From: Ruditapes philippinarum
Lineage: Eukaryota
Direction: 5' to 3'
DNA: 64,000 bases
NCBI RefSeq assembly: GCF_026571515.1
Contig: NW_026861258.1
Coordinates: 62,001-126,000 of the forward strand
Below, one piece after another: positions 41,401-51,519 of this stretch. The position numbers and the translations under genes were made by a program. The notes under the pieces are model-generated. The model saw only the letters and a list, made by a program, of their open reading frames with translations. It did no database searches and was not told the DNA's origin. Numbering within the stretch: the stretch's first letter is position 1; each line of letters opens with the position of its first letter.

Positions 41401-43653
41401 TGTAATAGTTCAAATATTTTCAAAGTCCATTGACATATGGCTTTGAAACTTGGCACACTTGTTCACCATCATGACCCCAACCTGTAGACAGGAGGAGGTA
41501 ACTGTATCAAGCATTTTGACAGAATTATGCCCCTTTTTCGACTTAGAATTTACGTTAAAGTTTTTGTAATAGTTCAAATATTTTCAAAGTCCATTGACAT
41601 ATGGCTTTGAAACTTTGAACACTTGTTCACCATCATGACCCCAACCTGTAAACAGGAGGAGGTAACTGTATCAAGCATTTTGACAGAATTATGCTCCTTT
41701 TTCGACTTAGAATTTACGTTAAAGTTTTTGTAATAGTTCAAATATTTTCAAAGTCCATTGACATATGGCTTTGAAACTTTGCACACTTGTTCACCATCAT
41801 TACCCCAACCTGTAAACAGGAGGAGGTAATTGTATCAAGCATTTTTTCTTACTATCAAGCACTAAGAATAGTCGAGCGTTGCTGTCCTACCGACAGCTCT
41901 TGTTGAATGGATTGTCTTCAAACTTGAACATAATAATCTTCAAGGATATCCATTAAAAATAACCTGACAGACCTTGACCTTCACTCATAAATGACCTTGA
42001 CTTTGAAGGTCAAATTATTGAAATTTTCATGTTTTTGGCTATTATTGGCTGTAACTTTGTTATTTTTGAATGGATTGTCTTCAAACTTGAACATAATAAT
42101 CTTCAAGGATAACCCTTAAAAATAACCCGACAGACCTTGACCTTCACTCGTAAATAACCTTGACTTTGAAGGTTAAATTATTGAAATTTTCATGTTTTTG
42201 GTTATAATTGGCTGTAACTTTGTCATTTTTTAATGGATTGTCTTCAAACTTGAACGTAATAATCTTCAAGGATAACCCTTAAAAATAACCCGAGAGACCT
42301 TGACCTTCACTCATAAATGACCTTGACTTTGAAGGTCAAATTATTGAAATTTTCATGTTTTTGGCTATTATTGGCTGTAACTTTGTTATTTTTGAATGGA
42401 TTGTCTTCAAACTTGAACATATTAATCTTCAAGGATAACCCTTAAAAATAACCCAACAGACCTTGACCTTCACTCATGAATGACCTTAACTTTGTTTTGG
42501 CTGTAACTGGCTGTTACTTTGCTATTATTGAGGGGATCAACTTCATATTATAACAGAACATACTTAAAGACAAGACCTTGTTGTTTATCGTGACTTCACC
42601 ACGTGACTCCACCACGTGACTTCACAACATGACTCCACCACGTGACTCCACCATGTGACACCACCACATGACTTCCATGTGACTCCACCACGTGACTCCA
42701 CCACGTGACTCCACAACATGACTCCACCACGTGACACCACCACGTGACACCACCACATGACTACCATGTGACTTTAACGTGACTCCACCACATGACTACA
42801 CCACGTGACTCCACCACGTGACTCCACCACGTGACTACACCACGTGACTCCACCATGTGACTACACCACATGACTACACCACATGACTACACCACGTGAC
42901 TTCCACGTGACACCACCACGTGACTCCACCACGTGACTTCACCACGTGACTCCACCACGTGACTCCACCATGTGACTCCACCACGTGACTTCACCATGTG
43001 ACACCACCATGTGACTTCGAATTGTGTGTCTCTATTTATATATATATAAATTAGTAAATTTATATATATAAAATATATAGACAAAACTAATGTGACAAAA
43101 CAGAATGATTAATTTTATAAAAAAGGAAAAGTTTATATTTTGTTCAAACATTTCTTTGTTTGCTTTTAGAGAAAGTAAAAAGTCGAGTGTTGCCCCCGCC
43201 CGGCGGTGGCTCTTGTCTGTATTTTCACAGTAAAAATTTATTTTTCACTGCAGTGAAACATTTCCATATTTTGACTGGTGTTTTGTCTGGCTTCTTTCGT
43301 ATTTTTTTAAACAGATAATTCAAGTTTTTTCTATAAAAACAGGATTTATTTTCATCTTGTGGTATAAAAAAAATCATATTTCACTTGTGGCTAGTGCCAC
43401 TCATAAAATATTTATTTTCATACCACTCAATGAAAATTAAATCCTGTATTTATAGAAAAAAACTCAAATATCCTCAATGTATTTATCAATCTCTAGGTTA
43501 TACTAAAAATTTATGTCTTTTAGCTTATGAACTTCTTACTCTGCTATACAATAACTATAATAACTTTTTTCATTAATATTTTAATCATAATTCTGATTAA
43601 ACTATCAGTAATAACATATTTTCATTTTATTTACAGTTGCGGATTTGATCTAA
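26416..43653 (+). CDS. EIF4A3: Eukaryotic initiation factor 4A-III (DDX48), exon-junction-complex DEAD-box helicase, 399 aa, 11 exons
   Basis: Exons 26416-26548, 29819-29891, 31516-31645, 32152-32284, 33304-33384, 34162-34303, 35450-35588, 36334-36449, 37515-37622, 38190-38317 and 43637-43653 (1200 nt, all GT-AG). Motifs [50 protein letters not shown]. eIF4A3-diagnostic [36 protein letters not shown] and end EMPMNVADLI. Confidence 0.97.
26705..26810 (+). mobile_element. Tiny CR1-like LINE 3'-end relic in eIF4A3 intron 1
   Basis: Translates to ...[21 protein letters not shown], matching the LP-x-V-x4-VNxFKxxLDxxW terminus of CR1-group ORF2. Confidence 0.55.
27346..27880. mobile_element. MITE with tandem subterminal AACTCGGC / GCCGAGTT repeats
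   Basis: Four AACTCGG repeats at the left end and inverted GGCCGAG repeats at the right end; AAAGTGGGCCGAGTT pairs with AACTCGGCCCACTTT. Confidence 0.75.
27905..28611. mobile_element. TIR element (18-bp perfect IR) containing a ~230-bp palindrome and a SINE insertion
   Basis: GTTGCAACCACAGGTGCT (27905-27922) and AGCACCTGTGGTTGCAAC (28594-28611); internal fold-back at 27977-28205. Confidence 0.7.
28242..28570 (+). mobile_element. Young tRNA-derived SINE (V-SINE/RUDI-like) with poly(A) tail and 13-bp TSD
   Basis: A-box tagccaagtgg, B-box ggttcgatcc, central ggtggttctacccaggtgccc...ggtcttcctcc, A-tail. TSD GTAAAATATTTGA at 28229-28241 and 28571-28583. Confidence 0.9.
29189..29786. mobile_element. 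TA-flanked MITE (Tc1/mariner-type)
   Basis: TA-CTGGTTGGGGACCA ... TGGTCCCCAACCAG-TA. Confidence 0.8.
30237..31071 (+). mobile_element. HINE/pearl-type (Helentron-associated) element with ~168-bp core repeats x4
   Basis: Left end TTTTATGCCCCC, (CCGT)n microsatellite, four tandem units (starts ~30314, 30481, 30649, 30817), subterminal IR GGGGGCAT, hairpin gtgtcctatggacac, end TCTAGTT. Confidence 0.85.
31890..32105 (+). mobile_element. Old degenerate copy of the tRNA-SINE
   Basis: gtggttatag...gggtttaaatccc...ggaagattagtggttcttccc...gtctttcaccatc, colinear with 28242-28570. Confidence 0.5.
38647..39731 (+). mobile_element. HINE-type element with 164-bp core repeats x6
   Basis: TTTTAGCTCGACTATTC start, (GGCGTC)n, six units, IR GAATAGTCGAGC, hairpin gctgtcctaccgacagc, end TCTTGTT. 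Confidence 0.88.
40965..41904 (+). mobile_element. HINE-type element (same family as 38647-39731, 5 core repeats) nested in another HINE
   Basis: Same termini and 164-bp units; splits the host repeat ggctgtaactttgttattttt|gaatggattg inside its T-run. Confidence 0.88.
42588..43017. repeat. ~13-bp minisatellite (CCACGTGACTCCA)n
   Basis: Roughly 30 or more imperfect units, visible directly. Confidence 0.92.
43218..43478. mobile_element. Hairpin-element family (copies also ~45990-46263 and ~60960-61170 inverted)
   Basis: Shared cactgcagtgaaacat...ttttttctataaa.acaggatttattttcatc...aaatcctgtatttatagaaaaaact..aatatcc. Confidence 0.65.
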
Positions 43654-46451
43654 TTACGTTTTATATTTGGACAATGTTGGAATAAAGAGCCAATGTAGCA
43701 GCTGCCTATACCGGCATCCTGAATTGAGGTGAAAGAACTAATGTTTTGTAACAAAACATTTTATATAAGAAGTGATATAACAAGGAAATAATAATTTATG
43801 ACAATATTTTCAAGTTTTTTTTGTTATTTTTGCATCAACAAAGTTTGATAAATAGTGTGTTAGGTAAAAAAATTGATTACAGAATTTGAATGTGAATAGT
43901 GATGTTTAAGCCTTATAATTTTTCGTCTTAAATAATGTTAAAAGGTTAACATTGGAATTGAATATATGATATGATTATAAGACATTTTGTATAGATACTT
44001 CCTTTCCGAGTGTTATGTTCCTTTTTGTGGTTTTAATTCTGATGTAAGATCAGCAAAATTATAGCTATGATTTAGACATTGATATGAGTGATTTGAAGAA
44101 ATTTCCATGTATTTAAAATAGAATTTGAAAATAATTTTATGTAATAAAGTATGTAATGTGATAGAAACTAAGCACAAAATGTATTTCCTGGATTACTCAC
44201 ACATACCTCAGCAATTCTTTTGTTAAGAATCATGGGCAATACTGTATTTTAGATAGAAATATTTGTCATTTTTGTCTGAAAGAAAAAAAAAACCAACAAA
44301 AAAAGCACAAGGTGATGTAAGTTGAAATTCAAGTTTATTAAGTTTTGTAAAAAGAAACAGAAGTTGACTAAGATAAGAATTAATGTTCAGTAGGTATTCA
44401 GTTGGTGAACATTTTTAGTTTTATTATTTAATCGTATTGAAGAAATTAAATGTAGAGACATATAGAAATGTGTCACTTACATTAAACAGCGAAAAATAGA
44501 GTACTTCTGAAATATACAGATATTTTAATTATTTGTGAATTCGTTGTTTTGAATTGCATTAATCGGTCAGTTTATATCTCAGCATGGTGATTGGTAGATT
44601 TAATAAACTCAATAGATTCATGACTTTGAAGCACATGTTTTTTCTTAACATGGATTATATACTTATATTTCGTATGATTTCATTAGAAAACATGCCAGTT
44701 ACTAGCCGGAATTACCTGTTAGTACTGACATAGAATGTTGAAACACTATTGAGGCACATGTGTCCCTCAGTATATGACCAAATAGTGTTAAAATAGAGTT
44801 TTATTTTGATTAAAGAAACAAAACATAGTTTTATGTTAATAAAATGATGTATGACTTAGTCAAGAAAGCGAGATATGTTTCAATATGATGTAATCAACAG
44901 TTTAAAGTTGCATGTTTCCAGTTGAGTGGTCAACGTTTCTTTATTTCAATATTTCTGTCTAGTTGCTTACATAATAAGGACTATTTTTGTATAATTTGAC
45001 ACATTTAAGGTTATGTGTTTGCGACTGAATTTAACTTTGCGACCAGTCTGCTCATAGTCTTCACTGTTTCTTATTTGTTCATATCTTATTTTGATGAATG
45101 GTTTGGTCCAAACTGGAAAGTCTCAAGATTGAAATATTGACAAGTTCATTAAGATATTTACAATTTCAATTTTGAAGAAGAAAAAAAAGTTGCATGAACC
45201 TGGAGATTTGCTGCTTTAATAATTGTCAACATTTAATCATGTACAATTAAATCATTATAACATCATTCCATGTAGAATCATTGTCATGGACAGAGAACAT
45301 ACATGTACATATTTTCATCCTGTATTTTTCATATGTAAATGTGTCAATAAAAGAGATGTGAATGTTATTTTCTGTTTGGCCGTCGTAGTTGTTTTTATGC
45401 TCACCTGCCACAAAGCCACAATGTGAGCTTTTGTGATCCCTTTTCGTCCAGCATCCATCTGTAAACTTTAATTTTAAACGACATCTCCTCATGAAATGCT
45501 AAGCCAATTTCATCCAAACTTCACAGAAATGTTCCTTTGTTGGTCACCTTAAAAATTGTTCAAAGCATTTAATTCTATGCAGAACTCTGGTTGCCATGAC
45601 AACCAAAAGAAAAAAACTTAAAGTATCTTCTTTTAAAAAAACAAAAGAGATAGAGTTTGAAACATCTTATGAGTGTCTATCATGTTTGTTTAAATAAAAG
45701 CACTTGGGGGGGGGGGGGGTCAAAATTGACCCTGCACCGGGCATTCTGATTTTTTCTTTTATGTCTATAGTAAAAATCTAAAAAAAATCTTTTTTAAAAA
45801 ACCCAAAGAGGGAGAGAGAGTTTAGATATTAAGCATGAAACATTTTTAAAGGGGTGTTTACAAAGTTTGTAGTGCTTCAGTGAAAAATGATTTTTTTTTA
45901 CTTTAAACAATCTTTGAGTATGTGATAAATAAGATATTGTATTATATACTTATAAATGAAATATTGATGAAATTAAATGCGTATTTTCTTTTTCCGTATT
46001 TTGACTGCAGTGAAACATATTTCCTGTATTTTCACTCTAGTCCTGCCAGACTACTTTCTTCTAAATTCAGCCAATGCACAAAATTTAAGTTGAAATCTTT
46101 CAAATTGTAATATCAAAAAGAAAAATGTATATAATAAACAGAAAATTCAAGTTTTTTTTCTATAAATACTGGATTTATTTTCATCTTGTGGTATAAACAT
46201 AGTCATATTTCACACGATGAAAATAAATCCTGTATTTATAGAAAAAACTTGAATATCCCCTATATATTTGTGTAGGTTCATTACTGAATTTATTGAACTC
46301 GTTGAATGAAATAATATTTTGCCAGCCAGACATAATACAAATGTATAATTTTATTCAACTCGTTATTGAATATAAACTCATTATCAATATCCTCTATCAT
46401 TCATTTTAGTTATTTTTTTCAATTCATATAATTATGTTGTGATATAATCCA

Positions 46452-46484
46452 TGACGTAATAAATGAGCGACGTCACTGACGTAA
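46452..46484 (+). promoter_or_regulatory. Cluster of CRE/ATF-like sites upstream of the 99-aa ORF
   Basis: TGACGTAA (46452), GACGTCA (46469) and TGACGTAA (46477), all within 100 bp of the ATG. Confidence 0.5.
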
Positions 46485-46543
46485 CGGTTAACGTCGTTAC
46501 TAATGCAACAACGTGAAGCGTCATTATACTTGAATTGCTCAAG

Positions 46544-46843
46544 ATGCCTTCCAACACGAATTCTCTCGACAAAAGATTTTCTCTGCTAGAAGCTGAACGT
46601 CGGTTTAAAAAAGCCTGTGATCAGATCATAGTGCTTAACCAACGCTTCAGTGATATGAAGAAACGATACAAGAACGCCAAGACAAACAAGAACAGACACT
46701 TTCAGGCTAGTCTGAGGCGGAAATTGGCGGTTATCGAGGGGACTCGCAACATGTTCCACGATTACGCTCGAATCAAGGCAGAGAAGATAGCAGATCTGAG
46801 GGCAGAACTTTTTGGTGAATCAGTGGAGATAGTGTCAGGCTAA
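46544..46843 (+). CDS. Uncharacterised intronless 99-aa basic alpha-helical/coiled-coil protein
   Basis: AAGATG start; GC-richer than flanks with no repeat signature. Sequence LLEAERRFKKACDQIIVLNQRFSDMKKRY...LRRKLAVIEGTRNMFHDYARIKAEKIADLRAEL shows amphipathic heptad-like spacing. Confidence 0.7.
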   Translation: MPSNTNSLDKRFSLLEAERRFKKACDQIIVLNQRFSDMKKRYKNAKTNKNRHFQASLRRKLAVIEGTRNMFHDYARIKAEKIADLRAELFGESVEIVSG

Positions 46844-48171
46844 ACTCCTTCTGATTTACATCCTGGTCCTTTCCTGGTCCTTTTTAGGACCAACCAATTA
46901 TCTCGAGGAAAAATGCTTTTATTATTGTCAACAATTTGTCGTTTGTCATCTTTTTTTATAGCAAATGCTTTGTTTGATTTAACTTATTTATAATAAGTAC
47001 ATAAATTATCTAATAATTATTTATTTTAGGTTTCTTGATTTATGTCAAATTGTTTGATCATATCCATACCATCTTTAAAAAGCAGGAAAAAAGCATCATA
47101 ACTTATATGTCATAATATAGCTAGTGAGCAAAACTCATCAGGGCATATTTTATTGGACATCAAAATAACTCCTGTTGATGCCACGCAGATTCTTGCCAGA
47201 AAAGATCCATAAACTCTTAGATCTGTATTATTCTCAAAAAATCTTAAAACGCGTCGAAAAGCGCAAGTTTAGTAAAAATTCAATATAAGTACTCTGAATC
47301 ATTTCCAATTATAGCTTTCTCCGGATCATTACGTGCGTGCATTTCGCACGATGCCCGTTTTGAAATGTTAGCAACATTGTAAATCGTATTCCGCAAGGTG
47401 AATACAAGAACGCGAGCGCTTATTCTATATACACTGTCCTTACCTTTATGTTTTTGTTGTTCAAGTCTTGGATCTTTTTAGACAATCTGATGTAAAACGA
47501 TAAGTTCAAATGTTTCTTTGACCGCTTGAAGAAGAAGGAAAATAAACAGATAACATTTAGAGCTGACCTAGAATCAAGGAATATCCATTACTTACATGGT
47601 AAGCTTTACCCACTGGGAATTATACAGTATAAATGCTTTCTTTCCTCTCAAATATATTTATGTGGAGAAGTTGGCAATAAATTACTAGCAGGCTGAATAC
47701 TCGCAATAGTTCACTAGCACTGTAAGATAAAATTTATGAGCGTCTGTTTGATTCAGAGTCAAGGTTAATGGAATGCAATACTGTTACAAACTGTCTCATA
47801 TGCCGGGCAAACGTAATCCGTTTTTCCAGCTAAAACAAGACCTAGGTTTTCGTGATAATAATAAAAAACGTGCTCTGTCGGACGTACCCTTTCATTATGG
47901 TGGAGCGAACTTTGTTTATGACAAAATGTTGCAAAGGATTTCCTATGCTTTTTGTCATATTACATTTTTTTGGAATATACTGCAAATCTCGCGGACACTC
48001 ATTTAATGCATTACCCAAAGTTATTTCGATATTTAATAATTAGTGACGTTCTGCTGACCCCCCACCTCCAAAAAAATTCATAAAAAACAACAACAACAAA
48101 AAACTGGGCAGTGAAATAATTTTGGAAAAGACCTGTATATAAAGCTTTCAACTTTGTTAGCATTTATTTTA

Positions 48172-48962
48172 CTTAGGAAATAAATATCAATTCTGAGTGC
48201 ATTGTTGTAGAATAATGCACGGTTAGAGTTCAAATGCGTAGTAATATAATCACGAAGGCCGATAGGCCTGAGTGATTAATTACAAAGCATTTGAACGAAA
48301 ACCGTGCATTATTATACAATAATGCACGAAGAATTAATATCTATTTCCATTCTAACACGTCAAGAAAAAATATAATTATTATTTTAAAGTTGGACTTTAT
48401 GTTTGGTGGTTTAATTTGTTTTCGTCTCAGAGTTTCCAATAGAAACGTTCTTTAAAGGCTGTTCCAGTGGGTTGAAAAAACTGTCGTACAATTTACCGTG
48501 TGTAGAAACATTTTGAGAATAACGAATTTTGAAAACGTTGATAAAACTTTGTTTGTTTATTTTATTTCACTCTATAATTTTTCAAGCTAAATACAAATTA
48601 TTAAAAGTGAAATAAATGTAAAACTTAACTGTTTGCGACATTAAAATGGCGTACTTGATTTGATTGTTTTGCACGTGCTGTTTGGCGCTACATTTTGACG
48701 TCACGTAAACAACACTTTAAACGCCTGTACAACGTTAACGACTGAATTAAAGATATTGGTGTTCGGATTAATTTTCTTAGTTAGACCATTTTCTTTCATT
48801 CTAGATAGTTTTCACAACAAAATTCGACAAAAAATTGTTTTTATTTATCAGATTTTTTAAAAAAAATGGCGAGGTAATAAGAACGGCGAGTGCATTGTTG
48901 TAGAATAATGCACGCTTCCGGCCTTCTTTGTCTATATAGGAAAATTTCCGATAGTGATAGAA
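48172..48962. mobile_element. Long-hairpin element (copy of left part at 62780-63165; inverted copy of right part at ~49695-50150)
   Basis: Terminal hairpin with loop ggccgataggcc; internal direct repeat gagtgcattgttgtagaataatgcacg near both ends; near-identical ~390 bp at 62780. Confidence 0.8.
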
Positions 48963-49230
48963 TGTAAGTTTTGATCGCTAAGAACTGGGATTTTACAGTG
49001 CTTAATAAATAAGGGAAATAAATATAAAATAAATACAACCATAAAAGTATTTTTGGTCGCCATTTAAAAATAATGTACGTCAAGTTCAAGGGCTGTGCTA
49101 GTAACAAGACAAAATGCTTGAGCATTCCGTTCATGACGAGTTACCACCCTTCCGAATACTCGCCGACATATGATTAAAATACTATTGATCTTTCTATAAA
49201 ATATGAGAATTTCCTTGTTAGTCGGAAAAC

Positions 49231-50455
49231 TATGGTGGCTGATTTGGTACGCTTTTGTGCGTCTAGTTGGCGCTAGCGACAACACGACAAAGCGCCAAAA
49301 CGGCGCGTTGTCGAACGATCGTCTTTTTTGTCGTCCTGTCGCCAGCGACAACACGACAAAGCGCCAAGGCGTTGTCGCGCTGTCGTCTTGTCGCCCTGTC
49401 TCTAGCGCGGCACGCCAATCGGCGCGTTGTCGTGCGGTGCGATGTCGCCCTGTCGCTTGGCTTATAAGCCAATCCTTCAATTTGAACCGAGCGACATAGA
49501 GAATAATAGGTTGGTGCCGTGGATGGAGAAAGTTTATCTGGCGAGGCGGAGGAATTTATTGGGTGAGCCGAAGGCGAACCCAATAAATTCCGGAGCAGAG
49601 CCAGATAAACTTTTCCCATCCACGACACCAACCTATTATTCTATTTATCCTGTCACCATTTTTTTTAAAGAATTTTATTAGGCAAACAAACTTTAATCAC
49701 ACTATCGGAAATGTTTCTGTATAAACAAAGAAGGCCCGAAGCGTGCATTATTCTACAACAATGCACTCGCCGTTCTTATTATCTCCCTGTGTATTTTCAC
49801 ATTGAGGGCGCCATTTTGTTTGAAAAATGTGATAAATAAAAACATTTTTTTGTCTAATTTTGTTGTGAAAACTATCTAGAATGAAAGAAAATGGTCTAAC
49901 TAAGAAAATGAATTCGAACACCAATATCTTTTATTCAGTCGTTAACGCTGTACAGACGTTTAAAGTATTGTTTACGTGACGTCACAATGTAGCGCCAAAC
50001 AGCACGTGCAAAACAATCAAATTTAGTACGCTATTTTAATATCGCAAACGAGTTAAGTTTTACATTTATTTCACTTTTAATAATTTGTATTTCGCTTCGA
50101 AAAATTATAGAGTGAAATAAAATAAACAAACAAAGTTTTATCAACGTTTCCCTACACACAGAAGATTTAACGACAGATTTTATATTTTTCCTTGAAAAGT
50201 AGTCCGGCAACCATGCATACCACGTGATCAAGTGCCGTAGATCAGTAAAAATATACGGCACCTTGTTATCGGGCCGAAATTGATACAAGTGACAGGATAA
50301 AATGTGACATCGTGTCAACACGCCGCATGACAACGCGTCATTTGGCGTGCCGCGCTAGAGACAGGACGACAGCGCGACAACACGCCGTTTGACGCTTTGT
50401 CGTGTTGTCGTTAGCGCCAGTTGACGCGACCCACAAAAGCGTACCAGCCACCATA
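49231..50455. mobile_element. TIR element TATGG...CCATA with 6-bp TSD (GAAAAC), carrying nested hairpin elements
   Basis: TATGGTGGCTG..GGTACGCTTTTGTG / CACAAAAGCGTACCAGCCACCATA; GAAAAC on both sides; subterminal CGACAA/TTGTCG repeats; nested palindrome at 49497-49647. Confidence 0.8.
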
Positions 50456-50556
50456 GAAAACACCGTCAAAACTGTTCAAATGACCACCTCAATGTAATGG
50501 AAAACTTGTTTAATATGACTAAAACAACTTTAGTTTCCCTTTAGACCATATAGTGA

Positions 50557-50715
50557 TATAGAGGATATTGAATGAGTGTAAGTTCAATACTGAATTTATT
50601 GCACGAGTTGAATAAAATTATATTATGCGAGCCTCTGGCGAGCATAATATTATTTTATTCAACGAGTGCAATAAATTCAGCAATGAACTTACACGAATTT
50701 AATATTCTCTATTTA
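50557..50715. mobile_element. Long terminal hairpin (TAGAGGATATT family)
   Basis: Arms of about 75 bp around gcctctggc; the left arm is the exact reverse complement of 57043-57122. Confidence 0.8.
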
Positions 50716-51519
50716 ATATGAAAACTTTATTTGAGTATTCACCTGTCATCGTATTTATATTTCATAATAAAGATATAACATGCGTTGTAATTTCACTTAA
50801 ACGATTTCAGAGAAAAATACTTAAAAGTTTTCACGGACAAGTTTCGCACAAATCATACCGGAAAATAGAACTGCATGATGTCCGATTCACTGCGCAATAC
50901 GACTAAATGAAATCCAAAGAACGCGGTTTGAGGTTATTTCATCACATTAGGATTGATCTTCCAAAAGCGCATTATAAACAAGATGTCATAAATATATAAT
51001 TTCGCAAATATGAACAGTAATATTTTCACTTTGTTGATCTTTTATTACCTAAATTTGGACTATTTCTTAAAGGTATTACAATGGGCATTTTACTCCGCGC
51101 GGCATGGACTCGTGAGGTTCTTGACATATTTGTTTCATTTGAAATTTAAAGAAAGTAACTCATATTAAAATTGAAAACATGATAAATATAATACAAAAGA
51201 AGTGTCTGATATTATAGATTTTATCAGGATCGGCAGGCTATGCATAGCTTCGTCCCTTTTTTTCTTTGCCTTTTCTGATTAATTTTGTAATATCAGACAC
51301 TAGCCTGATATTATCTATTTATCCACATTTACCAGTAGTTAGTATTGGTAGAAACACACAGAAACTAAGACTGCATTCTTTAATTAAATCTGCCTCTACG
51401 ATCCAATGCGTTCAATAACTTTGAACATGTAAGGTAGGTGGCGGCTTTTAAGTTAGCCACTATTCCTAAAAAAAAAGAGAAATTTTTCAAGTCTTAAATT
51501 GTTTAAATCACATTTCAAG

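Larger units (their letters stand above)
40691..43216 (+). mobile_element. Host HINE-type element with ~163-bp repeats and a 13-bp minisatellite
   Basis: Start TTTTTAGCTCGACTTTT, end AAAAGTCGAG...cgcccggcg..CTCTTGT; core units begin ~41905, 42068, 42231, 42394. Confidence 0.75.

Noticed and set aside
42585-43084. Trp/Val-rich repetitive ORFs
   Set aside because: These are translations of the 13-bp minisatellite.
26416-43653. eIF4A1/2 identity and intronic snoRNAs
   Set aside because: Diagnostic residues match eIF4A3. I found no convincing C/D or H/ACA box pairs with terminal stems by eye (for example, 36811-36933 lacks a stem).
49064-49681. Several overlapping 66-138 aa ORFs
   Set aside because: They arise from GC-rich subterminal repeats and a palindrome within transposons; there is no protein-like signal.
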